The notes beneath the pieces were generated by a model, which had not been told where the DNA came from, did no database searches, and saw only the letters and a list, made by a program, of their open reading frames with translations. The translations under genes and the position numbers were made by a program. This document shows, one piece after another, positions 12,027 through 24,700 of a stretch of 64,000 nt of DNA. The stretch is taken from NCBI GenBank assembly GCA_017654855.1, contig CM030337.1, positions 744,001 to 808,000 of the forward strand, in the 5' to 3' direction. The DNA is from Podospora anserina. Lineage: Eukaryota. Position 1 is the stretch's first letter; every line of letters begins with the position of its first letter.

Positions 12027-15000
12027 GGTGACGGGAGACTGGCGGGCGGATGATGTAGTCGAGTCGGGACGCAATCTTAACCACGGCCATGGAAGACCTC
12101 TTATATACTCGATGGATCCGACCCCGGCCTCGTCAGATATCGCGACAGCAACATCAACCACACCGCATTCTAGAACCTTTCACGAGAGGAAAGAAGCCCC
12201 GAAGTAGAGGCGGCTTGAGTGTGGGGGGAGGGGCAAAACAAGGGCCTTGTGTGGTTTGTGGGCTGCATACTTTTTTTCTACGTTAGCCCCGGGGAAGACG
12301 CGCTTGCCTTGCATTGGCGGCATTCTTCATGTCCGCTCTTAAACCCGGGTTTTTTTTTTTTTTTTGTTCTCTGACAGTAGCATTTCACGACTGACAAACC
12401 AGCATCCGATGACGTTCCATCAAGGCTTGAAAGAACGGGGGGGGGCTTGGCGAGAACACCAACACTGTGGACAAGTTCCCGAGGATCTGCCGCCGGCCCG
12501 TGCCAACCGGACCATCTGGACCTGACTCTCTTCGCTTTAGGGTCCCATGACCAGTTTGCAATATTTTGCGTATATATTGCTTATTGGGGGACTTTTGGGA
12601 GGTTGGGTGTCGGTGTGAATAATACAATCACTGCGGGGTGGGTTGGGGATTCAGCCGATGTTTTGGCGGGGCGGGCCGAGTCTTATCATCATGGAACGAG
12701 ACGGTGGTGTGGAGATGGATGAATGTCGGTTGAACATCGGGAAAGTTTGGGGCGGTCATGGCCCGAGGGGCTATTCCTGGGGTCTAGGAGTCATTCAGGA
12801 CTTGACTTAGTATCATTGTCAGCCGGGACACGAGGATGAAGCTGCGGCTTCTGGGGGTCGACGATAGTGCCGGGATGGTAATGCGGAGCGGACAGGTGTG
12901 GGTCCTTCGGAAGAGGTCGAACGGTTTTGTCCCGAAATGGAAACTCCGCTCACGGTATCCCCACTGGCGACCGACTTTATATCATCACCACCGCCCTCGA
13001 TGCGGGTTGTGTTACCTCTCGAAATTGCGGGCCATATTCCTCCATGGGGATGAATCCTGAGGCTTAGCAGGACCAACGACACTTGCAAACGACGGACTTC
13101 CGACGTTTTGCCGTGCGAGCTGACCGAAGTCTAAAAGAGAAGCGGAACCAGATTCGTCTAACTCTTGACATATTCGTCGAGCTGAGGGCTTTCGGGAAAG
13201 CCAAAGGAGACCGGCTGGATAGGGGACGATAGCTGGGTCAGAGAGATGGTCACGGACAGGTGTCATGAGCCGGCGCCAAGACAAGGTTGCGGGATCCACG
13301 CCTGTGCCTCACTATCAACAACAGGTCATGAAAGAAGTTAAGATTTCTAGTACAGGTATGTCCACCATGTTGCTCTTCACATTAATCTCTGGCTAATACT
13401 CCCATAGTTTCGTTCCATCTTATTACATCCGACATGCCCATGTGCCTGGATTCGAGACCGAACCCCTCCCCCGCCATCAACCTCGTCTTTCGAAAGGAAC
13501 CAAGATGTTCTGTATCCTCCGTGTCATATCTCTCTTGGCGTCTCTGGGCTGGCGGGGCTGGTATGTGGCTTGAACTAAGACGTTGCCATCTCGCGTTGGT
13601 TCTGAGCTGAAGAAGTCCAAACGATCCTGTCGGTGATCCCGGGCTTTGGCCCCCTCATGGTGGGAGCAACTGGAGCTGGTGTTGGTCAGCATTTAGTACA
13701 GATCAGTAGGGGCGATGTATCAAGCACGAAGACCTACTGGCAACTCTCGGGCATTTTGGGGGAAAGACTGGATGTTTGACAAGTTCTCTGGTGGTGGTGA
13801 AGTCAAGATGTTGGGACTGACTGATAGCAGGACTTACCAGCATCAACAAAAGCAACCGGCAGACTCAGGGGTATATATCTGCTCGCCTCATCGTTACGAC
13901 CACCATCCGTCCTGCCCATTACCAAGCCCAACGCACCAAACACCATACTGATATTGGCATGGCAGCCCTCCTTTGTCGACTTGGGCTACCCCACATCACA
14001 TGTAACATCTGCAAGGCTCAACTGAAACCGACAAGCCACACACTACAAATTACAACACAGTCTACGCGTATGGTTCAAAAGCGCATACTTTCACGCCTCT
14101 GGGACACTCCAGCATCTGCAGGGTTCGTGGTAAACACTGCCGGAAAAGGGTACCGTTGCCCTTGGGGTGTGGTAGGGTGATCCCCCACAAACGTTGTGCG
14201 TCGGTATGGGGGAGCACCATCTCGTTATCCCCCTGCAGAAAACAGCTGGCCAACAGCAATGGGGGAACATAGACCAGAGATCCTTTTTCAGAAGCTTTTC
14301 TCTCATTGGAAGCATATTTGGTGCCGGAGGCAGCAAACACGGGACCGAGCCCCAACACACCGAAACAAAATCCGGTGGGTTGTGGTGTGTGTGAGGTTGT
14401 ATGTGGCGGCTATCAACGAACCATGTCAATACCCCATGGTCACACAAGACGGTAGTTTTCTGCAGAAGCTCCGCGGGCTCCGAATTTTCCTTTTTGCCAC
14501 ATGGCCACCCTCACAATGTTCATCGCCTGGCGCCTGTCGCGGCTGAATGACCACACCCTTTCAAGCTCAGACGCCACGTCTGCACACGCCATCGAAGGAC
14601 CTTTGGACCCCTGTCGCCTGGTCATGGCACACCACACAGAGACCTCACCGGTTTGTGTGGTTCCAAGTAAGCGCCATAAGCGCAGAGTTACACAAAGTTA
14701 ACTAAAATTCTAAAGAGATAAGGCTGCGGGTGAGACGGGAGGGACGGGTAAGATGACGATGAGTAAACGTCTGATTTGTTTCCGACTGACGCCACATGGG
14801 TTGTCTCTACCCTACAGGGCAGCTTTGATCAGATGTCGTATCGCTCACACTCAACCAACGAACCCTGCCTCTCAAGTCCGAAAACAGCACATGCCATGGT
14901 TGGGGACCTTCTACATTAGGGTGTTGTTGTCTACACGTTTTATGCATCAGCCTAGATGCAAGTCAGCGCGGCAGTCCATCTGCACGCGGAAGCGAGAGAA

Positions 15001-15788
15001 ATAAGACTTGACACATGAAACAAGTTTGGAGCAGAGAAGACAGGAGTCTATAGCAAGATCACGATGGTGTTTCTCTTTACCAGATCGGATCAGACGTAAT
15101 CCGAGTATTTGGGGTCCGAGAATAGTCTCGGCATGGTTTTCTGGGGGCCAAAAGCTGCCGTGCCACAGTCATTGTTAAGTGCAGGTCTTACAAAGAATCT
15201 GGCAGCCTGATATGCAAAGGCATATGCACCTCAGCCCTATACATCGTCACCTCTCTACTTTCTAATCACTCTCTCCTGGTTGCCTGAGCAGGTGCATTTG
15301 CGGCGTGGTCTTGTGGGAAAAGTTGTAAAGTCCGTCAGGAGATACGGTCCGGGCTTTCCACCTTGGTCTCTGACGAGGCTGTAGGGAGGGAGGGAAGGAG
15401 GCTGGAGGAGACAGGAGTAGGAAGGCAGCCACCATACCGAAGAGAGGTCAACAGCTATGTACGTCCCCGGGTACGGTTGTGTTGCATGATGAGGCAAGAA
15501 TCTTTAGGGTTGTTCTCTTTGAGGGTGCATAGTACTCTCGAGACCTCTTTCGAGACACGGGATGAGGGCTTGGTATCGTTTTTCTGTTGACATCGCACAC
15601 TCCTTGGGCTTCCGTCCCTCGGACCCCCTTCAAAATCTACTCCTCGAATTATTGGAGGTTGTCATAAGGATGCAGCATATGCATCTTTCATGGTCGTTGC
15701 CGCCGTGCCTGGTTGCAGTTTCACAGGCATTATTAACGCACATCCTGTCCAGGGAGGCAAGCTACGATGGGTGTCCACACTCATAAAA

Positions 15789-15890
15789 TCTTCCGTAGTA
15801 TAGTGGTCAGTATGTGAGCTTGTCAATTCCTCGACTCCACCAGTCAGAATAACAACGCTCGAGACCCGGGTTCAATTCCCGGCGGGAGAG
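15789..15890 (+). tRNA. tRNA-Asp(GTC) with 30-nt intron (15826-15855)
   Basis: Acceptor stem TCTTCCG/CGGGAGA, D-arm TAGTATAGTGGTCAGTA, anticodon stem TGAGC/GCTCG, T-arm CCGGG-TTCAATT-CCCGG; 72 nt after splicing; T-run Pol III terminator at about 15902. Confidence 0.95.
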
Positions 15891-16328
15891 TACCACATAG
15901 CTTTTTTATTTTCTTTTTTTTCCAACAAGTTGGATATGCTTGTTCTCTTTTGGTACTAAAAACAAGGGGGATGTAGACCCGCCTGGCTTCTTCTGTAGGG
16001 TGCCGCACCCCACCCAGACTGGCTTCTTGTTGCTTCTGTGACATGCTAGATGCCTCGATGAAGCCCTGCGTATTTCAAAGGTCATACTTAACAACCGTTA
16101 TTAACAGGCTCTCTCTCCTACTCACAGAGATGGAAACGTACCTTCCATCTGTAGTATGCCTATGGCTTATCTTTCTTCTGATTCAAGGCTCACTCGCGTG
16201 GCCCCAGCTGATCTTTGTCCTCGATCTCTTCCAGACCTCAACTCGTCTCTTCTTCCCTTTCCGTTTCTGAAACAAACTGTTCAATTTGCCACGACTCTCC
16301 TGCAAACAACAATCACCACGACGCTGCA

Positions 16329-18205
16329 ATGTGGGGGCAGCTCAATATCACTCACTCAGTTGTCGTTGCCTGTCTTGTGGCGGGGGGTGTCGTGGTTCAT
16401 GGCACAGGAGAACGATTGCGGTTTATGGCCATGGAAACGAATCCGCGATGCTAACCTCGGATTTCTAGCCTTCCCATCCACCCGGGACCTCTCCATCGAC
16501 ACCTTACAGGACCTTTTGACCAACGGGACGACCACGTCAGAAGACCTCGTCAAGACTTACCTCGCCCGGATTGCTGAAATCAACCCGTCGACTCGCTCGG
16601 TCTTGGAAGTCAGTCCCTTCGCTCTAGAAGATGCACGCAAGCGGGACAACGAAAGGCGAGGGACGGGGGTGAGGTCAAAGATGCATGGGATTCCGATTTT
16701 GGTCAAGGGGGTCGGTTAGTATTGATGGGTTGAACAGCTCTGCAGGGTCGTACTGCCTGCTTGGCTCTCGGACAAGAAACGAGGCTTCTGTCGTCGCTCG
16801 TTTGCGAGCTGCTGGTGCTGTCATTTTAGGGACGACAGACTTACCTGAATGGGGCAGCTCACGTTCGTCCGGCCAGACGGCCTCGAACGGCTGGAGTGCT
16901 GTCGGGGGGCAGACTTGTGGTGTTTACTATCGCGAACAGGATCCTTGCGGAAGTAGTAGTGGGAGTGGTGTTGCTGTTGCGCTTGGGTTGGCGGCTGGGG
17001 CGGTGGAGGTTGAGGTAGGTATATTTGTATTATGCTTTACCCGGGTGGATGAAGCTGACTGACGGACGGTTGTGAAGACAATGGGGAGCATCACCTGCCC
17101 GGCTATGCGGGGCAATCTTGTGAGCATCAAGACGACTTCGGGGCTTGTTCCTCGGGACAATGTGATTGTCACAAGATTCCGCGGCCCTGTCGGCCCCATG
17201 ACCCGGACTGTTCGGGATGCTGCGATTATGCTTAATTTCATGGCTGGACCGACTTCAGAAGACCCCGACAGTTTACGGATTCCGTTTTCGATTGTGCCGG
17301 ACTATACAAAGTCGCTGAAGCTTGGTGGGTTGGTCAACAGCCGTCTTGCTGTTCCGCGCAACAATGGGGATGACCCGTTCGTGGCGAAGATGGATCTCGC
17401 TCCGGTGATGGAGCAGTTTGATGGGGTTTTGGATGTTGTGAGAGGACTTGGGGCGAGGATTATTGATGATGCGAATTGCTCCTCTTATGAGGAAATCAAC
17501 GCTGCTGATGCGCCACAGGGCCGGGTCGGGCCGTCGGAGTATCGGTTTGATATCGAGAGGTGCTTTCCGAGTCTGGCGGTTCACCCGTATGGTATTCGGA
17601 CTGTGGAGGATCTCATCAACTGCACCAAGACTCTCCCCAAAGAAGAATACCCCTCTCGCGACGTTGCTTACTGGGAGCAGGTGGTCAAGTCTGCTGACTT
17701 CGGGTCGCCCGAGATGGCCAAAGAAATCGAGAGAATGAGAGACCTCGGCGGGACAAGGGGGATTGATGCTGTAATTGACACCCACAAAGCCGACGCGATT
17801 GTATTCCCATCAGTATGCTCCTCGGAAGTACCCGGCCTTGTTGGGTACCCGGTTGTTTGTGTGCCGCTGGGGTTTTCACCCGAGGGGACAGAGGTGGAGA
17901 GGAATACAAAGGTGGGATTTGGTGGAGCAAGCGCCTGGCATACCGTGAGTAATTCCTCCCAGTGTGATCCACCACTGTGCTGACCTCCACCACTTTTTTT
18001 TTTAAGTTTTGGGTTGAGCTTCATTGGGAAGCCGGTCACCGAGGAGAAGTTGATTGAGCTGGCGTATGCTTTCGAGCAACATACTCAGATTGGGAGGCAA
18101 AGGAAGCCGGTGGTGCTGCCCGGTGCTGATATTTGTGATATTTTGCGAGAGAGGAGGGTTGTGTGGAGGGTTTGGTGTAAACTACGGGAATGGTTTGTGA
18201 TATGA
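16329..18205 (+). pseudogene. Amidase-signature family gene, disrupted (two frameshifts, doubtful first splice donor)
   Basis: MHGIPILVK, DPCGSSSGSGVAVA, (E)TMGSITCPA and GYPVVCVPLG motifs; introns 17015-17077 and 17945-18006; frameshifts at G5 16707-16711 and at about 17905-17916; degenerate motifs (TTDLPEW for KTNLSEW, AVEVET for ALGTET). Confidence 0.75.
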
Positions 18206-18287
18206 GTGGCTCATGGAAACATTTGGGTTGGAAGAGGGGAGGGGGGGGGTGTTATGCGTAGCTTTATGGGTGTGGACTTGTGGAATA

Positions 18288-20242
18288 GGTTGGATGACCA
18301 GGAAATGGACCACATGTGGATCTGGTCCACCACCACCACACCAGCCACACAACCTTGTTGAGATTACCCCTGAATGATCACACTGGCCACAACAAGACTA
18401 ATATTGGGTCAATTTCTATGGGAGTTATACCAAAATGTAGCTCAATTACTGTCAGAGTCAGACATTGCATCTGCTTCTCGCTTGCGCCTGGTTTGAACCC
18501 GATGACGTGCGCTGCGCCGCACAGGCTGGGCTGGCTCTGGCTGCTCCACATCCTCCTTGGCTACCACTTCTTCCTCCACCACCCTCCCTTCAATACGGGC
18601 CTCTTCCAGTTCACAGAGCCTCACAAACTTGGAATTCGAGTCTTCTCTATTCAACTTACGCCTTTTTCTTGCCTCCTGGGCCTTCTGGGCGTTCTGTTGG
18701 TGCCTTGCCGCATCAGCTTTGTGGATAGATGCCTCAGATCTCAGTGTAAGTATAGTACTGGTGAGAGTCCTTACCGCAAGCCGTTTTCCGGCCGGCGTAT
18801 GGTTCTTGAGTAGGTCCCTGACCTTCTTGGCCACCTGGGAATCCCCCACGGTATGGAAAGTAAGTATTTTCGAAGAGAGATCCAACGGCACCACAGGGAC
18901 TATTACCTAGCTTAAAAAGAACGGTTTGCGCCTACGTATAAACTATAATCCTATCCCACGCCAGCCGCCGGCAATATTTTTTTTCCTAAAGCCCTACTTG
19001 CGGGCAAAGTTATATAGCCGGACTAAGTCGACTTTACCGTTAAGCGGATAGTTAATAAGGATATCGTTTATAGCTATAAGCCTCTTATACGCCTTCTTTA
19101 TATTAAAAAAGTAGTTAATATTAAAGGATTAAAGGACGTAAGAGTAGTAAGGGGGCAGGAAAAGAAGGTAAATATTATTCCTATAGTACCGGATTATAAA
19201 GTCGTTAATAGTATATAAACTATAATTATTATAAATAAAAAGACGGGGTTTTAATAGATCTTTAAATTTAATTTTTAATATAAAAACCTTTTTAAATTAA
19301 TTAATAATAAGGTTATTACTAATTTAACTATTCTCTAATATAGTTATATACCAGTCCTTATTTAATTAGTTTTTAAACTATTACTTTTAAAAGTCTTTAC
19401 CTTTAAAAATAATTCCGGGGGGAAGGACTCTCCCGTCTTATAAAATATACTTAAATATAGTGGTTTAGGTCCTTCTTCCGTTCTATTTAATATATATAAA
19501 CTTTTTATTTCGCTTTAAAAATCCAATAACTAAACCGTTTTTTCCCTAGCTTTTTATTATATTTACTTTATTGTAATTATACCTATGCCTAAACTTAATT
19601 TAATTAACGGTAGAATATAAATTAAAAAACTTATTAATATTCTCCAGAGTAATTTCGTTAATTCTAACGTAATTAATTTTCTTTTTAACCTTTATTTTAA
19701 TATCGGGATAACGGCTAATAAAGTATAATATTTAGTATTTACTAAGGGGGTTAAAATCGCTTTGTTTAGTTAATAAACTAACCGCTAAAGCCTTTATATT
19801 AATATAGGTAAGAGCGTAACTAAAGTTTTTTTAACGAAGGATTTATTAAATAATAAAGTCTTTTTAGCCGTAAGAAAATCGCTATTGGTTTTCATGGGCA
19901 AGGTTCCTTAGTAGGGTACTATTAATATAGTACTTTAGGGTGGAACGTAGAATCCTATACTTATTAGACGCTTTTCGCTGGCTTATACCAGCGGCAATGT
20001 CTTTCTGGGCATTTTTAATATCCTCCTCGGTATATTTGGCCATTGTTGGGTACCTGGAGCAAAAAAAAGAAAAAAAAAAGCTTCATTTTTAGTCTCTGTG
20101 GGTGGAATATAAAGTGTGTGTTGATATCGGGGGGCTTTCGGAGGTCCAGGGTTGTGGAGGGTTTAATGTGGGTAGATGGCTTGGGTAGTTCAAACCTACC
20201 TGGGCCACATCCATATGTGGTCCACTTCCTTGTCATCCAACC
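18288..20242 (-). mobile_element. Full-length (about 1.95 kb) Fot1/pogo-type (Tc1/mariner superfamily) DNA transposon, RIP-inactivated
   Basis: About 42-bp TIRs (GGTTGGATGACCAGGAAATGGACCACATGTGGATCTGGTCCA versus the reverse complement of the right end, 5 mismatches); TA on both sides (18286-7, 20243-4); transposase from ATG 20043 (MAKYTEEDIKNAQKDIAAGISQRKASNKY, HTH-like) with RIP-degraded DDE motif (PRLFIYNNYSLY...LLFLPPYYSYVL*SFNINYF, compare RLLILDGHGSH...LPPHxSHxLQPLDVGCF); C-terminus open to 18442. Confidence 0.92.
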
Positions 20243-20479
20243 TAGTATGTCTCCCTCATTTGAACTTACCATACGTAGCTACATCTCTCACACATCACAG
20301 GATTCCACGCAGCAAAAGCCTCTGCGAAGAACTCGGCGGTACCTATCTAAGCGTCTACGTGTTTCAAGAGCTGATTAAAAGTCTTCCTTCCCTGGATCGG
20401 TTGTTTCGTCCAACAACGCCAAATGATCTTGAATAGCCCTCCTTCCTGCATTCTCCCTTCAACAGTTTCCTAATTTTCC

Positions 20480-20745
20480 CCAAGTAGTTCTGGCTAGGTA
20501 AACCAACATGGGGAAAACTCCCTAGTAGGCTCAGAAGTTTAAAGATCTATTTCCTTTTTATAAGAATATCTCTCCATGAGAAAGATAAGAGGTTTAGTAT
20601 AATAGCTAACTCTTAAATCTTATTGCTTTTTACAAGGTAAACTCTAGATCTTAACGGAGATAAATTATAATAAATCACAACTAAAGGCAATTTACAAGGA
20701 ATACTATCAACCTCCCGTTCTAGGCAAGGAGATCACAAAGTCTGT
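20480..20745. repeat. AT/TpA-rich RIP-like patch of unknown origin
   Basis: Local AT enrichment and TpA excess outside the transposon TIR. Confidence 0.45.
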
Positions 20746-21233
20746 AAGTCGAAGTTGCGGTTTGGATGGATGTCATCACCGAGAACTGGTGCGTTAGACT
20801 GAGACCCTTGGGATGATAGGTAACTGGGCATTTATGCGGAAAGTATTGAGTTCCGAGTTGAGAGGAGGTGAGTTTTTGTTCTTGAGTGAATAGATATATC
20901 TAGGGGCCTGGCCGAGCTTGTCTGTTTCAAAGGTGAGCCAGGCTTAAAATATCGGTACACACTTTCATACCCTCTAGTTTTGTACTTAAGGGGGAAGCGA
21001 ACTTGGGGACCTCTTTCAGGACGGGCAAAGGCCTGGGCTTTGTGAATCGCGTCCCTCTCTTGGTGATGGGCCGCTTCTTGTCCTTGGGACGGTGTGAAGC
21101 AAGCGGTGGAGTCGTTCCTGATATGCTTCTTGTAGAATGTGTCGGTTTGCTCGCTGTCGTGGGGTAGGTAGGGACATCTGTTTGGCGCTGAAGTTGATCC
21201 GGTTCCGTGGTGTCACAGACGCGCTCGCTCTCC

Positions 21234-21752
21234 ATGATTAGGTCAAGAGACTTGCTCATGGCGCCAGTATTAGCCAACTATTTAGGTGAGTCAAGACAAT
21301 TAGCGCCAAATTATAGCCTGGCTGAAGTTATAGTCTAGACTTATGTTAAAACTCGCGGCGATAGCTATCGCGGTAATGGCTCTCGTAGCTATGGCCAGTC
21401 TCGTGACAGTGGTCGCAGCTCACGCCGCAGCCAGCCTTACCCCCACCGTGGCTACAGAGCCAGCGGTACGAATACCACGGGTATTAGCAGCCGTAGCAAC
21501 AACCGGTACACAAGCGCCCGCCCTTACTATAGTATCAACACCACACCCCACGCCAGTAAGTAGGCCGAGGACACGCGTGGCGTATCCGAGGAGGGCTGGC
21601 TAGAGGCAGCCGATAACGTTGGCTACCGGGCTGCATATGGTAAGGCCCCCAGCCCCGAGGGCAATCACAACGTCACGGGCAAGCCCCTTGTTTCGGCCCG
21701 CAGTGGTTCGGTGGAACTGGACGGGCAGCCGCCTGGACGGGCCAGACTGTAG
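21234..21752 (+). pseudogene. RIP-mutated R/G/S-rich (RGG-like) ORF remnant of about 172 codons
   Basis: One frame open from ATG 21234 to TAG 21750 except TAG at 21336 and 21561; many TAT/AGC/AGT codons consistent with C>T/G>A changes of CAT/GGC/GGT. Confidence 0.45.
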
Positions 21753-24700
21753 GTCTGTGGGAGGTATTGCTCCCGGAGGATTGGTCAGTCAGGTTGCTCC
21801 CAGGGCTTCGGCCCTGAGGCCCACATATTGGTAACGATGAGAAAAGGTTTTTGCTCTCTGGAGCTGTTTGTCAGAGTATCTAGAAATATCATCAACTTTT
21901 ACACATCTCTGCGGGCGTACAACACATAACGACAGCAAATAACCCCGGCTACCGGATTATGCCCCCCCGGCGTCTCTTGAATGACCAGTAGGCTGGCTTG
22001 TGATGCCAGTAGTAACCAACTAGTTTGTGGTGTCATTGGTACGAGATGGGACCGGATGGCGGGAGGCTCATGGTGTTCGACACCTCGAGGTGTGATGCGA
22101 GTATCTATATACGGAGGTAGAGTACATGTTGGTGAACGAGAGAATGTGGCTGCATATTTGCAGATGTTGGACGAGGTCCAGTCTGTCTCCTCACCTTCTA
22201 TATGATGTGATCTCTTTGTCGCGATTTATCTGATATTTTCCGCCATTTGACTCTTGGTAGGAATCGTGGGCGACCATTCTCAGCTATTTTGATATCGATA
22301 TCAGCAGCACCATCGCCAGATATCAATCTTCCGCCATCTGAACAGCGCCATCGCCATCCTACTCCGCCGTTCTATCCCACCATTCTATCCCGCCCTCTTA
22401 ATCCGCCATTCGACTTCACTGTGGAACTAGGTAGTAATGAGATAAAGCTGGGTTGTTGTTGAGATAAAGTTGGGATGGTGGTGAGAAGGTGCTGGGGTGT
22501 TTTTAGATTTTCAAGCATAATAAGCTGAGACTGAACATCTAGGTCGGCAAGCACCTAGGTAGTTACATACTGGGTGGTTTGGAGAGGACATCGAAAGCAT
22601 TTCAATCTTCCCTTTTCTATCCCTTGTTTTTTAACACTTGGATAGATTAATCTGCCGTCTGTTATGTTTCTTACCTATGCAACCAAGGTCCTTCAAGAAT
22701 GTGGAAGCGAAGCCTCCAGCCTTGCCGATGTTTAATCCGTGATTATTACAGTTCATTCTCAGCTGCTGGACTGTTTACTTGCCGGTTAGTTTACACCCCC
22801 CTGGCCCCCTTTCGACCGCACTGTGCTGTCTGCAGAAACCATCCCTACTTGCAGATTGTGACCGCTTGTCTATGACCTTTAGACATTGCTCCATCTGATG
22901 CACCAACCCCCCCCCCCACACCCCACCTTCTAAATCACGACATCTATTCACTCAGCATCCCAGTGCCCCAGATTTGTTAAAGTGTGCTCTCCGATAGTTA
23001 GCTGGTCCGTCTCACAGGCACTATACCGCTTACACCAACCCTGCCCGCCCGTAACAACAACAAAAAAGGCCCAAGCGCACGGACAAGTCTCCGGTTCACG
23101 TTCCCTCAAAGTCAAGCTTCTTACTCCCTTACCACTCTCATATTCCAGAACAAATCCTCCGGCTCCGTGGAAGAGTTTTGGCAGGACAGACTACGAGAGC
23201 TTTTCACGGTTGCCAGTCCCAGGGTTCAACATGCAAGAGGCAGGTCAAAGCGAAACGCACAAACCCTCTCTACCCTACCATTTCGAAACAAAACAATGTC
23301 AGCCTGGAAGAAGGGAACAACACCACCTCGCCCATTGCCATGCTACTCCCACGCCACGTGGTGTTGGTAGTACCCTGCCTTCAAAACGTCAGGTGCTGGA
23401 CCGTAGTGGTCAATGTCTGACTCGGGTTCGGGTTGGGGTTAGGTAGCAGTCCTGTTCCCCAACCACAGCCCGCTACGAAAAATGGCACACTGTAGTTCCG
23501 TCAGTTCCCCACCCTGTTTGAGAAATTGGAAAGGAAATAATGTTATAACCTGTCCATGATATAGTCTCATCTAGAGGTTCGTCCCTCGGTGCTTCATTGG
23601 CTGATGTGTTAACCCCCTTCCAGTGAAAACCCCGATGTTAACAGATACCTAGCATCTTCCGTAGATCCGATATGGCCTTTCTCACCTGAATCATCTGGTC
23701 TTTTCGGTGACTTCCCCTTCCATCAGAAGAGTTGAAAGAGAAAAAAGAGGAAAAAATTGAAAGTGTTTCCCCCCCCCCCCCGGCCCCACCACCACCACCC
23801 GCCAAAACCACCCCCCTGTTCGCCAAACCGTTGCGCTAACCTAGGGCCACTAGTTCAAACGGCGTGCGTGCGGAGTCAGTGGAGTGTGTGGGGACAGACA
23901 GTTCGTGAGCAGTTGTCCAGGGCCGGGCCTTGCCGAACCTTGCTTGTTGGTGAGGTGGTGATGGGAGGGGGGAACTTTGGATGTGGGAGTTCGGACCAAC
24001 GGGGTTGGCATGTACTGTGTATGGGCTCTGATAATCAGTTGGGATGGGTGATCTGATAGGAGCGGATTTAGGGACGTCGTGAATTGTATTGTCGAGATAT
24101 CCGCCCGGCTTTGGTTGATGAGCGGACGGTTCAAACTTGAACCCCAAACTAGGATGTCAAGGACCAGCAAGATATCCACATCGGTACCCATGAAACTTGC
24201 GCGTACCAATACCCCCTCCCCGACTGGCGCGTCACTTCTCAGAAAGACATCCCATCGCACATCAAATATGCGGTGTTCTCGGAAGCTGGCCTGGCCGTGT
24301 CGATGTCAGAAGGCAAAAAGAAACAGACAGGGGTAGGCAACGCTTCAGATGATAGGTGGTGGTGGTGATGGCCGTCAAGAGACGGGCCATAGGGTGGTGT
24401 GGTATGTTTCTAGATAGGTAGTGGTGTGAAGCAGCAACACTGCCCTTACAACGGCAGTTCAGTTCTGGCTCGACCCTGCTCAAATAGGCGAACTGGTCGC
24501 CTATGCATACATGGCAGACGTAATACATACAACCAGGTTGCCCGCTCCCCATCTCATTGGAAGCGGGACTTGGCAAGCAGCATGGCAGACATAGCTGCTC
24601 CCACCATGTGATGTCGGCACCAAGCAGGCCGTTCTGTCATGTCGTTATATGTATGAGAAGCGAGTATAAAGAGCCCATCCCGCCCCCCCCACCACCATAC

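Noticed and set aside
12027..12161. GTG-initiated N-terminal extension and an out-of-frame upstream ATG of the MFS gene
   Set aside because: A TATATAA box at about 12101-12107 implies transcription starts downstream of them
16717..16719. TAG in the amidase as a candidate A-to-I-edited premature stop
   Set aside because: The downstream homology is in another frame, so editing to TGG would not restore the protein
20743..21905. TGTAA...TTACA ends suggesting a solo LTR
   Set aside because: No target-site duplication and no second copy in the window; a 5-bp match is expected by chance
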